Of a stretch of 64,000 nt of DNA, positions 52,142 to 61,045 are shown one piece after another. The notes beneath the pieces were generated by a model, which was not told the DNA's origin, did no database searches, and saw only the letters and a list, made by a program, of their open reading frames with translations. The DNA lies in assembly GCA_944372335.1 (NCBI GenBank), contig CALVYQ010000002.1:90409-154408 (forward strand), read 5' to 3'. The DNA comes from an uncultured Clostridia bacterium (GTDB taxonomy: Bacteria; Bacillota; Clostridia; Christensenellales; UBA1242). Position 1 is the stretch's first letter. Every line of letters starts with the position of its first letter. A program made the position numbers and the translations under genes.

Positions 52142-53352
52142 CAGATGTTTTAATTATTGGGGGTGGGCCTGCCGGCATGAGTTCGGCACTTTCTGCCTCT
52201 GAAAATGGAAGTAAAGTGGTGATTGTCGAGCGTGATGGCGTGCTTGGTGGAATACTTAACCAGTGCATACACAACGGCTTTGGACTTCACTATTTTGGAG
52301 AAGAGCTGACGGGACCAGAGTTTGCTCACCGTTTTAGGAAAATGGTAGAAAAGGATAAAAACATCACAGTTCTAACAAGCACGCTTGTCACAGATTTAAA
52401 GGAAAATGTAGCAACGGTGCTTGGAAGAAGTGGTATCATGGAAATCAAGTTTAAAGCGTGTGTGCTTGCCATGGGTTGTCGGGAGAGAACGGCGGGCAAT
52501 ATCTCACTAAACGGCACGAGGCCTATGGGGGTAATAACTGCAGGCTCAGCACAGAAAATGGTCAATATAGACGGCAAGATGATAGGCAAAGATATTGTCA
52601 TCTTGGGAAGCGGAGATATTGGACTTATCATGGCAAGGCGTTTGACTTTAGAGGGTGCGAAAGTTCACGCTGTTTTTGAAATTAATTCCACATCAAGCGG
52701 ACTAAGGCGAAACATCTTGCAGTGTCTAGACGATTTCAACATTCCACTCTACTACAACACCACCATATTTGAAGTTGTGGGCAAAGATAGAGTGGAGGGC
52801 GTATATTATGGACAGGTTGACGAAAACTTCCAAAAGATAGAAAGCACAAAAAAATTTTTAAAGTGTGACACCGTAATTTTGTCGGTTGGCTTAGTACCAG
52901 ATTTGCAACTACTTCCAAATTTTGAAACCAATCCAAAAACAAACGGCGTTTTTGTCAATGAGCATTATCAAACCAAGCTACCTTGGCTTTTCTCTTGTGG
53001 GAATGTTTTGCACGTACATGACCTTGTCGATAATGTGGCTCTTGAGGGGAAGCAGGTTGGCTTGTTCGCTTCGCTATACGCACAAAAGAAATTAAATAGT
53101 GGCAAATTAATCAAAGTTTCTCACTCAAAAGACTTTGCCTATGTGCTTCCATATACTCTCTTTGAGGGCAATGAAGATGTGGAGATGAAATTTAGATTAA
53201 AGAATAAGATTGTCAGAAAGTGGCTTGTTGTTAAAAGCGAGGGCAAGGAGATTGCAAAAAAATTTGTGCTTGCCGGCGTTCCAGGAGAGATGATGACGAT
53301 GAAGTTCAATAAAAGTGGCATAAAAAATGAAGTTGCCATGGAGGTGCAATAA
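52135..53352 (+). CDS. NAD(P)/FAD-dependent oxidoreductase, partner subunit of the G3P dehydrogenase
   Basis: GGGPAG, LGGILNQCIHNGFG, GCRER, GSGDIGLIMARR, CGNVLHVHDLVD; overlaps the upstream gene. Confidence 0.88.
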   Translation: MVTDVLIIGGGPAGMSSALSASENGSKVVIVERDGVLGGILNQCIHNGFGLHYFGEELTGPEFAHRFRKMVEKDKNITVLTSTLVTDLKENVATVLGRSGIMEIKFKACVLAMGCRERTAGNISLNGTRPMGVITAGSAQKMVNIDGKMIGKDIVILGSGDIGLIMARRLTLEGAKVHAVFEINSTSSGLRRNILQCLDDFNIPLYYNTTIFEVVGKDRVEGVYYGQVDENFQKIESTKKFLKCDTVILSVGLVPDLQLLPNFETNPKTNGVFVNEHYQTKLPWLFSCGNVLHVHDLVDNVALEGKQVGLFASLYAQKKLNSGKLIKVSHSKDFAYVLPYTLFEGNEDVEMKFRLKNKIVRKWLVVKSEGKEIAKKFVLAGVPGEMMTMKFNKSGIKNEVAMEVQ

Positions 53353-53693
53353 TGGAAAAGCGAGAATTAACCTGCATAATGTGTCCGCTAGGCTGTCAGC
53401 TTACCGTGACGATAGACGGAGAAATTATAACCGTTACAGGCAACAACTGCAAGCGTGGCGAGATATTTGGCAAAGAGGAAGTGACTTGCCCTATGCGTAT
53501 TGTCACAAGTTCAGTTAAAACTGAGAAAGGCGTGCGTGCCTGCAAAACTTCAAAACCTGTGCCAAAATCAATGATTTTCGAGGTGATGAAAGAGATAGAA
53601 AAACTCCGCCTAAAAAATGCAAAATTCGGCGAAGTGGTGATAAAGAATGTGCTTAACACTGGCGCTGACATTGTGATAACAGCAAATGAATAA
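53352..53693 (+). CDS. DUF1667 small CxxC Fe/Zn protein (third G3P dehydrogenase operon gene)
   Basis: TCIMCPLGC...GNNCKRG...P.R...KT.KP.PK; translationally coupled via TAATG. Confidence 0.88.
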   Translation: MEKRELTCIMCPLGCQLTVTIDGEIITVTGNNCKRGEIFGKEEVTCPMRIVTSSVKTEKGVRACKTSKPVPKSMIFEVMKEIEKLRLKNAKFGEVVIKNVLNTGADIVITANE

Positions 53694-53726
53694 GTGAAGA
53701 AAAAAATGGCTTAATTAGAAAAATAA

Positions 53727-53744
53727 TTATAGGAATTCCTATAA
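53727..53744. promoter_or_regulatory. Candidate operator of the R-M operon
   Basis: Perfect 18-bp palindrome TTATAGGAATTCCTATAA, just upstream of the -35 position of an extended -10 TGCTATAAT (53770-53778). Confidence 0.65.
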
Positions 53745-53806
53745 AATGATATACAACTTTTGAGTTTTATGCTATAATATAATTTATAGTATAAAAGGAG
53801 TACAAA

Positions 53807-55015
53807 ATGGAACTTGCTCAACTTTTGCAAAAAACGATTAATGAAAACGGATTAAATCAAACTATTTTTGCAAAGCGAATAAACGCAACTCAAGCACAAG
53901 TAAGCGATTGGTTATCGGGAAAATCTAAACCTAATTATGAGAATCTACGTTCAATAGCAATAAATTTCAAAATAGATGCTAATAATTTATTAAATATAAA
54001 AAGCAATAGAGAGACCTTTACTAATGTAGAATTGTTTGCTGGTGCGGGAGGCTTAGCCTTAGGCTTGGAACAGGCTGGATTTATCAATTTATTATCTAAT
54101 GATTTTGATAAGGATTCATGCAACACTTTAAAAACTAATAGGCCAGATTGGAATGTTGTCTGTGATTCTGTTGAAAATTTGGCTGAGCAGAATTTATTAA
54201 AGAAGTTAAACTTACAAGAGGGTGAATTAGACTTGTTGTCGGGCGGATATCCGTGCCAATCTTTTAGCTATGCAGGCAAAAAACTAGGACTGAATGATGT
54301 TAGAGGAACAATGTTTTATTATTTTGCAAAAATATTAAAGCAGTTAAAACCTAAAATGTTTTTAGCTGAGAATGTTAAAGGGTTAGTTAGTCATGATGGT
54401 GGTAAAACACTACAGACAATGATAAATGTATTTGAAGAAATAGGATATCATGTTCAATATAAAGTGTTAAACGCATGGGATTTTGGAGTTGCTGAAAAAA
54501 GAGAAAGAGTGGTTATAATTGGAATAAGAAACGACATTAAGGGTGAATATAATTATCCTACTCCTTATGCTTATAAACCTGTTCTTCGAGATGTTTTAAA
54601 TGATGTTCCAAAATCCGAAGGAGCTTCGTATCCGCAAAGTAAAAAAGAAGTCTTTGATTTAGTTCCTCCTGGTGGTTGTTGGAGAGATTTGCCTGAAGAT
54701 GTTGCAAAAGCATACATGAAAGGATCGTATAATCTTGGTGGAGGGAAAACAGGTATGGCTAGGAGAATTTCATGGGACGAACCAAGTTTGACAATCTTGT
54801 GTTCACCGTGTATGAAACAGACTGATAGGTGTCACCCAGAAGAAACAAGGCCGTTTACTGTAAGAGAAAGTGCAAGGATTCAGTCTTTTCCTGACGAATG
54901 GCAATTTAGTGGTAATATGTATAGCAAATACAAACAAATTGGCAATGCTGTGCCGGTTAATATGGCCAAAGAAATAGGATTGTCAATAGTAAGATTTTTA
55001 AAGGAGGTTAAGTAA
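53807..55015 (+). CDS. dcm: C5-cytosine DNA methyltransferase with N-terminal XRE HTH (Eco47II/Sau96I-like)
   Basis: ELFAGAGG (motif I), GGYPCQSFS (IV), ENVKG (VI), RERV (VIII), RESARIQSFP (IX), YKQIGNAV (X); the first ~62 aa form an HTH. Confidence 0.95.
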   Translation: MELAQLLQKTINENGLNQTIFAKRINATQAQVSDWLSGKSKPNYENLRSIAINFKIDANNLLNIKSNRETFTNVELFAGAGGLALGLEQAGFINLLSNDFDKDSCNTLKTNRPDWNVVCDSVENLAEQNLLKKLNLQEGELDLLSGGYPCQSFSYAGKKLGLNDVRGTMFYYFAKILKQLKPKMFLAENVKGLVSHDGGKTLQTMINVFEEIGYHVQYKVLNAWDFGVAEKRERVVIIGIRNDIKGEYNYPTPYAYKPVLRDVLNDVPKSEGASYPQSKKEVFDLVPPGGCWRDLPEDVAKAYMKGSYNLGGGKTGMARRISWDEPSLTILCSPCMKQTDRCHPEETRPFTVRESARIQSFPDEWQFSGNMYSKYKQIGNAVPVNMAKEIGLSIVRFLKEVK

Positions 55016-55762
55016 ATGGCATATTTAAATTTTATAAGCGACACTGATCTAGAAAAACATATAAAGGAAACATTAGATGAATATCGTGAAACTCTAAAAA
55101 AAATTGACTTAAGTAAGTTTAATGAAAATATTATAGATCCGATTAAATTAACATTTGACTCTATTGTCTATAATAAAAAGATAAAAACTATTTTAAATGA
55201 AGAGATTGCTAGGCAAAGGGACAAAAGTAACACAAACGCTATTGGTTATTTTCATCAAAAAATTTTTAAATACATAAAAAATTGTGAGGTTCCGCAAAAA
55301 GGCTTTGATATAATATTTGATGATGGCAAACAAAAATATTATGTAGAGTTAAAGAATAAGCATAACACAATGAATAAAGGCGGGGCGGATAGTGTGTATA
55401 TCAATTTACAAAATCAAGCCTTAAAAGATACTAATTGTATATGTGCTCTAGTTGAAGTTATTGCTAAAACTAGCCAAAATATCAAATGGCAAAGAACTTT
55501 AAATGGGAAAAAAGTTGAAAATGAAAGGATTAGAAGAATTTCGATTGATAAATTTTATGAGATTGTTACAGGAGAAAAAGATGCTTTTGCTAAGCTGTGC
55601 AAAGTATTGCCAGAAATAATAACAAAAATAGTGAATAAAACAATTGCAAATAAAAGAGAAAAAGATACGGTATTTAAAGAACTTAAACAAAAAGATAAGA
55701 ATTTGTTAAAGGCTCTTTACTTGCTAGCGTTTAAAACTTATGAGGGATTTGATAAATTTTAA
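55016..55762 (+). CDS. Type II restriction endonuclease, Eco47II family (probably GGNCC-type)
   Basis: IDPIKLTFD, RQRDKSNTNAIGYFHQ, GFD...VELKNKHNTMN (PD-ExK), FYEIVTG; abuts the dcm stop codon. Confidence 0.88.
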   Translation: MAYLNFISDTDLEKHIKETLDEYRETLKKIDLSKFNENIIDPIKLTFDSIVYNKKIKTILNEEIARQRDKSNTNAIGYFHQKIFKYIKNCEVPQKGFDIIFDDGKQKYYVELKNKHNTMNKGGADSVYINLQNQALKDTNCICALVEVIAKTSQNIKWQRTLNGKKVENERIRRISIDKFYEIVTGEKDAFAKLCKVLPEIITKIVNKTIANKREKDTVFKELKQKDKNLLKALYLLAFKTYEGFDKF

Positions 55763-55817
55763 AGTAAAAATATTGAAAAAATTGTTATATTGTTTAAAGA
55801 TACAAAATTTATAAAAT

Positions 55818-55845
55818 AAAACACTTAGATTTTCTAAGTGTTTTT
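55818..55845. terminator. Bidirectional terminator
   Basis: AAAACACTTAGA-tt-TTCTAAGTGTTTTT hairpin between convergent genes. Confidence 0.7.
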
Positions 55846-56617
55846 AAAATTTTTTGTCACGAATAACTTCCATAATTATATCAAAGCTTGTTCGCTTTTT
55901 CTTTTTTATATATTCACTTATTGCAAACGGTGTGATGGCAACAACTGAGCAGGCAAGCACGAGAATAAAATAGGTGAAATAGAAGTGCAATCCAAACAGC
56001 GTGAATGGCAGACCATTTTCTTTGAGATATAGGAAGTTGGCACCATCGACAAGGGCATTACCTAAGCTTGACCAAAGGGCTATGATAAACATACCGACAT
56101 ACGCTTGCCAAAAATCTTTAACTCTCACCTTATAGTAGCCGTCTGCAATGCAGGCGATGACAACGGTGGAGAGAGCAAAGTGAAGAATGATACTTTCAAC
56201 ATGATAAAAAGATAGAGTTGAGAGATAGTAGTAGTCGCCAAAGATAAAGGTGATAACTCCGCCGAAGAAGGAGGCGACAAGCACAGGAAGAAAGAATTTT
56301 TTAGTTTTTGTGAAATAAAAAATTGGAAGCACAAAACTCATAAGGTGGCATAGATGCCACGGCAATATCTCCACAAAGGAAAAATCCCCGCTTGCTAATT
56401 GCACTATCATTCTAATAATTCTCACTGTTGGCATGATTATGCAAAGGACAAAGGTGAATTTGCGTGAGAAATTTTTGTATTTTCTAAAAATAAAGAAAGC
56501 GACCACAAGCCACACGAGCATAATTACTATGAGTGCGATATGAAGCGGACACCAAAGTCCCGGGCCTGTGCCAAGTGCTTCCTTATTTTCAAAAAGCCAA
56601 TCGGTGAAGGAAAACAT
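55844..56617 (-). CDS. YwaF/TMEM164-family integral membrane protein
   Basis: PLH in TM1, LPWHLCH, later ILH and N...ANFLYL; start moved to ATG 56617, which has a GGAG RBS. Confidence 0.8.
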   Translation of the reverse strand: MFSFTDWLFENKEALGTGPGLWCPLHIALIVIMLVWLVVAFFIFRKYKNFSRKFTFVLCIIMPTVRIIRMIVQLASGDFSFVEILPWHLCHLMSFVLPIFYFTKTKKFFLPVLVASFFGGVITFIFGDYYYLSTLSFYHVESIILHFALSTVVIACIADGYYKVRVKDFWQAYVGMFIIALWSSLGNALVDGANFLYLKENGLPFTLFGLHFYFTYFILVLACSVVAITPFAISEYIKKKKRTSFDIIMEVIRDKKF

Positions 56618-56773
56618 ATAAACTCCAACTTTCAAATATGTATGAATAAAGCATAGAAGATATTACACCTTAAACAAATTCATTATAGTGGTATTGACAA
56701 AAAAAGTAAAGAAAAGTAGCTAAATTAGTTTTATTATTTTTATTTATTTGATATAATAAAATGAGGTTTCCAA

Positions 56774-57358
56774 ATGGAAAGCGTAAAAAATTTAAAAAAA
56801 GAACTAAAATTAAAAGATAAATCTTTTAATGAAATAGAGACAATAAATATTAAAATCAAGAGCGAAGAGGAACTTTATTCAGGCTATAACTACGATAGAA
56901 ATGAAGTTTTAAATCCAGCGCTTGGAGATTTTTTATTGGAAAAGGCGGAGTCATTGCCGGCAAAGAGCAAGCTTCGTCTAAAATTTTTCTCTGACGTCAA
57001 CATAAAGGAACATGAACTTTTTTCTGCAATAAAAAATAAATTTAAAGGGGAGTTTGAAAACTATCAAAGAGAGCTCAAAAAAACTGCACTCTTTTCTCTG
57101 GTTGTGCTTATCTTGGGCTTGTTATTTTTAGGAATTTTTATCCTAGAAGAAATATTTTTTCACAATATCGTGCTGTCAATAATCTTGGAGATAGCATCAT
57201 GGGTGTTTATCTGGGAAGCGGTTGATGCATTTTTCTTGCAACGGCTATCATTAAAAGCCAAACGAATGCAAATGGCTCGCATCTATGACGCCGAAATGGA
57301 GGTTGTTATAGTTGATTTTGATGATATTGAAAAAGTAGAAAATAAAAAGGAGATTTAA
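56774..57358 (+). CDS. Hypothetical membrane protein (2 TM)
   Basis: Long ORF with a GAGG RBS; two C-terminal hydrophobic helices ending in SWVFIWEAVD. Confidence 0.75.
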   Translation: MESVKNLKKELKLKDKSFNEIETINIKIKSEEELYSGYNYDRNEVLNPALGDFLLEKAESLPAKSKLRLKFFSDVNIKEHELFSAIKNKFKGEFENYQRELKKTALFSLVVLILGLLFLGIFILEEIFFHNIVLSIILEIASWVFIWEAVDAFFLQRLSLKAKRMQMARIYDAEMEVVIVDFDDIEKVENKKEI

Positions 57359-57360
57359 AT

Positions 57361-58191
57361 ATGAAATATCAAATAATTGTAGATAGTTGTTCGGATATAG
57401 ATAAGTATTATTTGGAAGGAACGGGAATCGGGTTAAAAATTGTTCCTCTCACCATAAACGTTGGAGATAAAGAGTACGTCGATGAGGGTGATGTTAAAAT
57501 TGAAGAGATGCTTAAAGGCCTTAAAACGCCAAAGATAAAAAGCGGAAGTGCTTGCCCTTCGCCACAGGCTTTTAAAGATGAGTTTGACAAGGCAGATTAC
57601 ACCTTTGTTGTCACAATCACAAGTAAACTTTCGGGTTGCTACAATTCCGCACTTGTCGCCAAAAATGAGCATACAAACTCTGCTCACATTCATGTTATCG
57701 ACTCAAAGGCGGTATCAGGCACTGAGATTCTTATAGTGGATAAACTTGTGGAGCTTATAAACAGCGGACTTGACTTTGATACGATTGTGTCCGAGATAGA
57801 AAAATATCGTGATAACTGCACGCTTTTCTTTGTGTTACAACGCTTTGATAACTTGGTGAATAATGGCAGAATGAGTAAAATTGCTGGACTCATCGCCAGC
57901 ACCATATCCTTAAAGCCAATATGTAAAGCTGTTGATGGCGAGATAAGGATAATAAAAAAGATTATAGGCACAAAACATCTTTTTTCTAAACTTGCAGAGA
58001 TGATTAAGGAAGTTTTAAAAGGTGATAAAGAGAGAAAGATAATCATCAGTCATTGCTATGCAGAAGAGGAGGCCGAGGAACTAAAATATCACATTGAAAA
58101 ACTGTGCGGAAATTACAACATAAAAATCATTCCAATGCGTGCACTTACAAGCTACTATGCCTTAGAGAAAGGAGTTATTGTTTGCTTTTAA
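57361..58191 (+). CDS. degV: DegV/FakB family fatty-acid-binding protein
   Basis: IIVDSCSD, VPL, SACPSP, TITSKLSGCYNSA, IDSK, L.NNGR, KPI, IISH. Confidence 0.92.
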   Translation: MKYQIIVDSCSDIDKYYLEGTGIGLKIVPLTINVGDKEYVDEGDVKIEEMLKGLKTPKIKSGSACPSPQAFKDEFDKADYTFVVTITSKLSGCYNSALVAKNEHTNSAHIHVIDSKAVSGTEILIVDKLVELINSGLDFDTIVSEIEKYRDNCTLFFVLQRFDNLVNNGRMSKIAGLIASTISLKPICKAVDGEIRIIKKIIGTKHLFSKLAEMIKEVLKGDKERKIIISHCYAEEEAEELKYHIEKLCGNYNIKIIPMRALTSYYALEKGVIVCF

Positions 58192-58210
58192 AAAAAATTA
58201 TTAAAATCTT

Positions 58211-58239
58211 TTGACAAATTTTTCTAAACATGAGATAAT
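58211..58239 (+). promoter_or_regulatory. sigmaA promoter
   Basis: TTGACA-17 bp-GATAAT with a TG extension. Confidence 0.55.
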
Positions 58240-58262
58240 ATCACTGTTAAAAGGAGAGGGAT

Positions 58263-58781
58263 ATGAAAGAATCAACAAAAAATGCCATTTTCACACTTAT
58301 TTCTTTGGTATTTGCCGGGCTTGTTTTGGTGTTTATGGCAGTGCCAAATGTGACACTTGGAGCTAATTTTGGAAGTATTGGCGGAACAGTTTCAGAATGG
58401 TCAGGATTTAGTTTCTATGAAAATGCTGTTGCCACAGACTTTATGAAAGCGATGCTTATCATCACTGCAATCGTTGCGTGCGTGACAGTTATTCTTGGAA
58501 TTTTGAAACTTATAACCGACAGCAAGCTATGCAAAAGCAAATCTCTTGCAAACATTGTGAGCTTTCTTTTTAAGATAGTTGCTGTGGCTCTATTTGTTAC
58601 ATCACTTCTATACATGATTTCAGTGATAACAATGTGCAACGACCTTAGCGGTGGCGGAGAAGGAATAAGCGGTGGCTTCACACCTGTTTATTGGGCAGTA
58701 ATACTTCTTATGGTGTTTGGCCTTATCAGTGCGGTATCTTCATTCTTCACAACTACAACAGCAAAGAAAAAGAAAAAATAA
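58263..58781 (+). CDS. Hypothetical four-TM membrane protein
   Basis: AGGAG RBS; four hydrophobic segments and a basic C-terminal tail. Confidence 0.75.
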   Translation: MKESTKNAIFTLISLVFAGLVLVFMAVPNVTLGANFGSIGGTVSEWSGFSFYENAVATDFMKAMLIITAIVACVTVILGILKLITDSKLCKSKSLANIVSFLFKIVAVALFVTSLLYMISVITMCNDLSGGGEGISGGFTPVYWAVILLMVFGLISAVSSFFTTTTAKKKKK

Positions 58782-58867
58782 ATAAAAAAGCACCTATAAA
58801 AATGAACAAAACTTCAAAAGTTTGACGCTTAATGAGGTTCACTTCATGAGAATAGGTGTTTTTTATT
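58781..58867. terminator. Bidirectional terminator stem with an inserted element in its loop
   Basis: AATAAAAAAGCACCTAT (58781-58797) pairs with ATAGGTGTTTTTTATT (58852-58867) across a 54-nt loop. Confidence 0.55.
58803..58846. mobile_element. Possible IS3/IS150-family end remnant (mini-element)
   Basis: TGAACAAAACTTCAAAAGTTTGAC...GAGGTTCACTTCA: TG...CA termini and resemblance, from recall, to Firmicute IS3-family terminal inverted repeats. Confidence 0.35.
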
Positions 58868-58871
58868 GTGT

Positions 58872-60824
58872 TTAAATTAAAAGAGTGACAAGTTTTTCAA
58901 TATCATAAGGACGAATGACCTTTTGATTTTCTTTTGCTTCATAGTTTCTGTCAAAGACGTAGTCGGCCTTTGTCTTTGACTTGATTACATTGCCACGAAG
59001 AGATAGAAGTTTGTAAAGATTGAAATTTGAAAGATAGTTGGTGTTAAGATATGGCAAAATTGATTTGACAACTCCACTTGATACCACGCTGGCATCACTT
59101 GCAAGCACTTGATTGATGATTACTATTTCGTTTGTATCAAAATCAATAGCAAAGCCAATATACGCACGACTTTCGCCTTTAACGTGGATTTTAAGTTCAA
59201 TATTGTTTGGTGCCCATACTTTGGTGTTGAGATTATCTTTATTTTGATAACCGCAATAGATTTCTCCACTATTCAAGGTGGAGCCGTAACCGTTTAGCGT
59301 GAATACCGCATATTTATATCCAAGAGCTTTCAATTCTTCTATATCAAAATCGATAAACTCAGAGCCGTTTCTATCTCTGTTATCTCCAGAAGTTAGGGCA
59401 CTGCTTCCAAAAAGTTTTTTGCTGTAATTTCCCCAATAGAGAATTTGTGGGTTATTTTTTGAGTGCAAAAAGACAACAGATGCATCAATGTCAAATGCGT
59501 CTTTCCAATAGCTAAAAGTTCTAATATATTTGCCGTTAATTGGAAGCCTACTGCCGGTAGGTAAAACATCTAAGCCTGTTCCGATGGCACTCGTATTTAA
59601 AGGCAAACCTAGATGCTTAAATTCTCTATCTATGTAGATATTGCCAAGGCTTTCTTTGCTCTTATAATATTTTTCGATTTTTTCAAGCATAACCTTCTTT
59701 ACCATCATTTTTGTGGCTTTTGACAATTTAGATTTTCTATGAGTAAATTCATATTCCGTTTCAACATGATTTTTCATAGTGTTGTCTTTGAAAAATTTAA
59801 ATATTCTTGGCTTAGAATAGTCATCTAAAAGAATGCCTTGAAGAAGTTGTATTAAAACTATTGGATTCTTATCTTTGACATAACTTAGAATTTCTCCAAT
59901 TTCCTCCTTTTTAGCACGTGATAAAAGAAAGATGAGATTTCTTTCAAGAAGAGAACCGTTTTGAGCAAAAAGCTTTGTCGCTTCAATTATATCCCCTTTA
60001 TCAATTAATTTTTTTGCAATAGAAAAAGGACTTGACAAGTTGTTTTCAAGAGGCAATTCCAAATTTAATTTTTTAATTATTCTGTTATAGTATTTTGCTT
60101 GCTTTTTTGTCAAAAAACAGTCTTTGGCATTTTTTATCACAAGTTCTAAAAGTATTTTTTTGTCGTCAGGAATACTGAAAGTCTTTTTTTCACCAATAAG
60201 CCTGACACTGAGTTTGACAACGTCTTTCTTATCGAGCATTTTTGCGAAAAAGTCATTCTTGTATTCCATTAAAGCTAATATTATGTTGTCTTTACATTTT
60301 ATCGGCTCGCCATTATAGTAGCCATTTAAGTAAAGCCAAAAAAATTCATTTTTTTCATCTATTGCCCAAGGACGAGTGTAGGAGCAAAAATTAAGCAAAA
60401 TTTCCTTTAAAATTTTTTCGCTTTCAACTTCTGTTATCATTTTGTATTTTCTTAAAACGACCTCATCTCCCTTATTATATTTAGGAAGGATTTTTTTAAA
60501 CACAGGCACACGCTCAAAAACACTTTCATCAAGAGAGAAAGGGTCGGTTGACTCAATTTTTAAATAGGACACCAACTGCTCAATCAAAAGTTCATCGCAA
60601 GAATAATATTTAGCGTCCTGAGGATTTTTATAGAAAGAGGCGGGTATCTTTTCGCCGTAAAAGTTTGAAAGGGTGATTAAATTTTTATTAGAAAGAAGCT
60701 TTGGCTTATCAACAACTATGCCAAATTGATTTAATAATTTTATAGATAAATACAGTGCGTTTTTCTTGTCCGCATTTTCGTCAACAATCAAATATCTTCT
60801 TTTTAGTAATATTTGCTCTTTCAT
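58872..60824 (-). CDS. ROT/TROVE-like helical protein with a C-terminal TerD-like domain
   Basis: The C-terminus has TerD-type motifs (LPTGSRLP...IRTFSYW...DIDAS...SGD....GSEFIDFDIEEL..LGYKY). It is preceded by FYKNPQ...ELLIEQLVSY and a long helical region with LERNLIFLLSR. The architecture resembles Prok-RING_4-associated proteins but lacks the RING. Confidence 0.72.
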   Translation of the reverse strand: MKEQILLKRRYLIVDENADKKNALYLSIKLLNQFGIVVDKPKLLSNKNLITLSNFYGEKIPASFYKNPQDAKYYSCDELLIEQLVSYLKIESTDPFSLDESVFERVPVFKKILPKYNKGDEVVLRKYKMITEVESEKILKEILLNFCSYTRPWAIDEKNEFFWLYLNGYYNGEPIKCKDNIILALMEYKNDFFAKMLDKKDVVKLSVRLIGEKKTFSIPDDKKILLELVIKNAKDCFLTKKQAKYYNRIIKKLNLELPLENNLSSPFSIAKKLIDKGDIIEATKLFAQNGSLLERNLIFLLSRAKKEEIGEILSYVKDKNPIVLIQLLQGILLDDYSKPRIFKFFKDNTMKNHVETEYEFTHRKSKLSKATKMMVKKVMLEKIEKYYKSKESLGNIYIDREFKHLGLPLNTSAIGTGLDVLPTGSRLPINGKYIRTFSYWKDAFDIDASVVFLHSKNNPQILYWGNYSKKLFGSSALTSGDNRDRNGSEFIDFDIEELKALGYKYAVFTLNGYGSTLNSGEIYCGYQNKDNLNTKVWAPNNIELKIHVKGESRAYIGFAIDFDTNEIVIINQVLASDASVVSSGVVKSILPYLNTNYLSNFNLYKLLSLRGNVIKSKTKADYVFDRNYEAKENQKVIRPYDIEKLVTLLI

Positions 60825-60835
60825 CTTCCACCTCT

Positions 60836-60916
60836 AAAAAAATATAAGCATATTAGGCCAATCTAGTTTATATCTTTTAGATTCATTGAAATAAGAGTTG
60901 GCTCGAATGCTTACAT
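60836..60916 (-). ncRNA. Candidate structured leader / Y-RNA-like small RNA
   Basis: It begins at the predicted TSS. The 5' end (AUG)UAAGCAU pairs with the 3' AUGCUUA(UAU). An inner stem GCCAA(C)UCU/AGAUUGGC has a single bulged C, and the RNA ends in U7 before the RBS. Confidence 0.5.
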
Positions 60917-60920
60917 ATAG

Positions 60921-60949
60921 AGTATAGTATAAAAATATCCACTTGTCAA
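60921..60949 (-). promoter_or_regulatory. sigmaA promoter of the leader RNA and TROVE-like-TerD gene
   Basis: On the minus strand: TTGACA-17 bp-TATACT. Confidence 0.8.
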
Positions 60950-61045
60950 TAGATTTTTAATTATGATTTTTAGATATTGCTAGTTTTTAACGAAATTTTT
61001 TATATTTGTTTGTAATTTTTATATGCTTTTTGTTAAAATACTTTT

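Noticed and set aside
43130-55845. REP-like repeat family among the AAAACAC...GTGTTTT terminators (43130, 46712, 55818)
   Set aside because: The shared sequence is short and AT-rich, and is adequately explained as ordinary bidirectional terminators.
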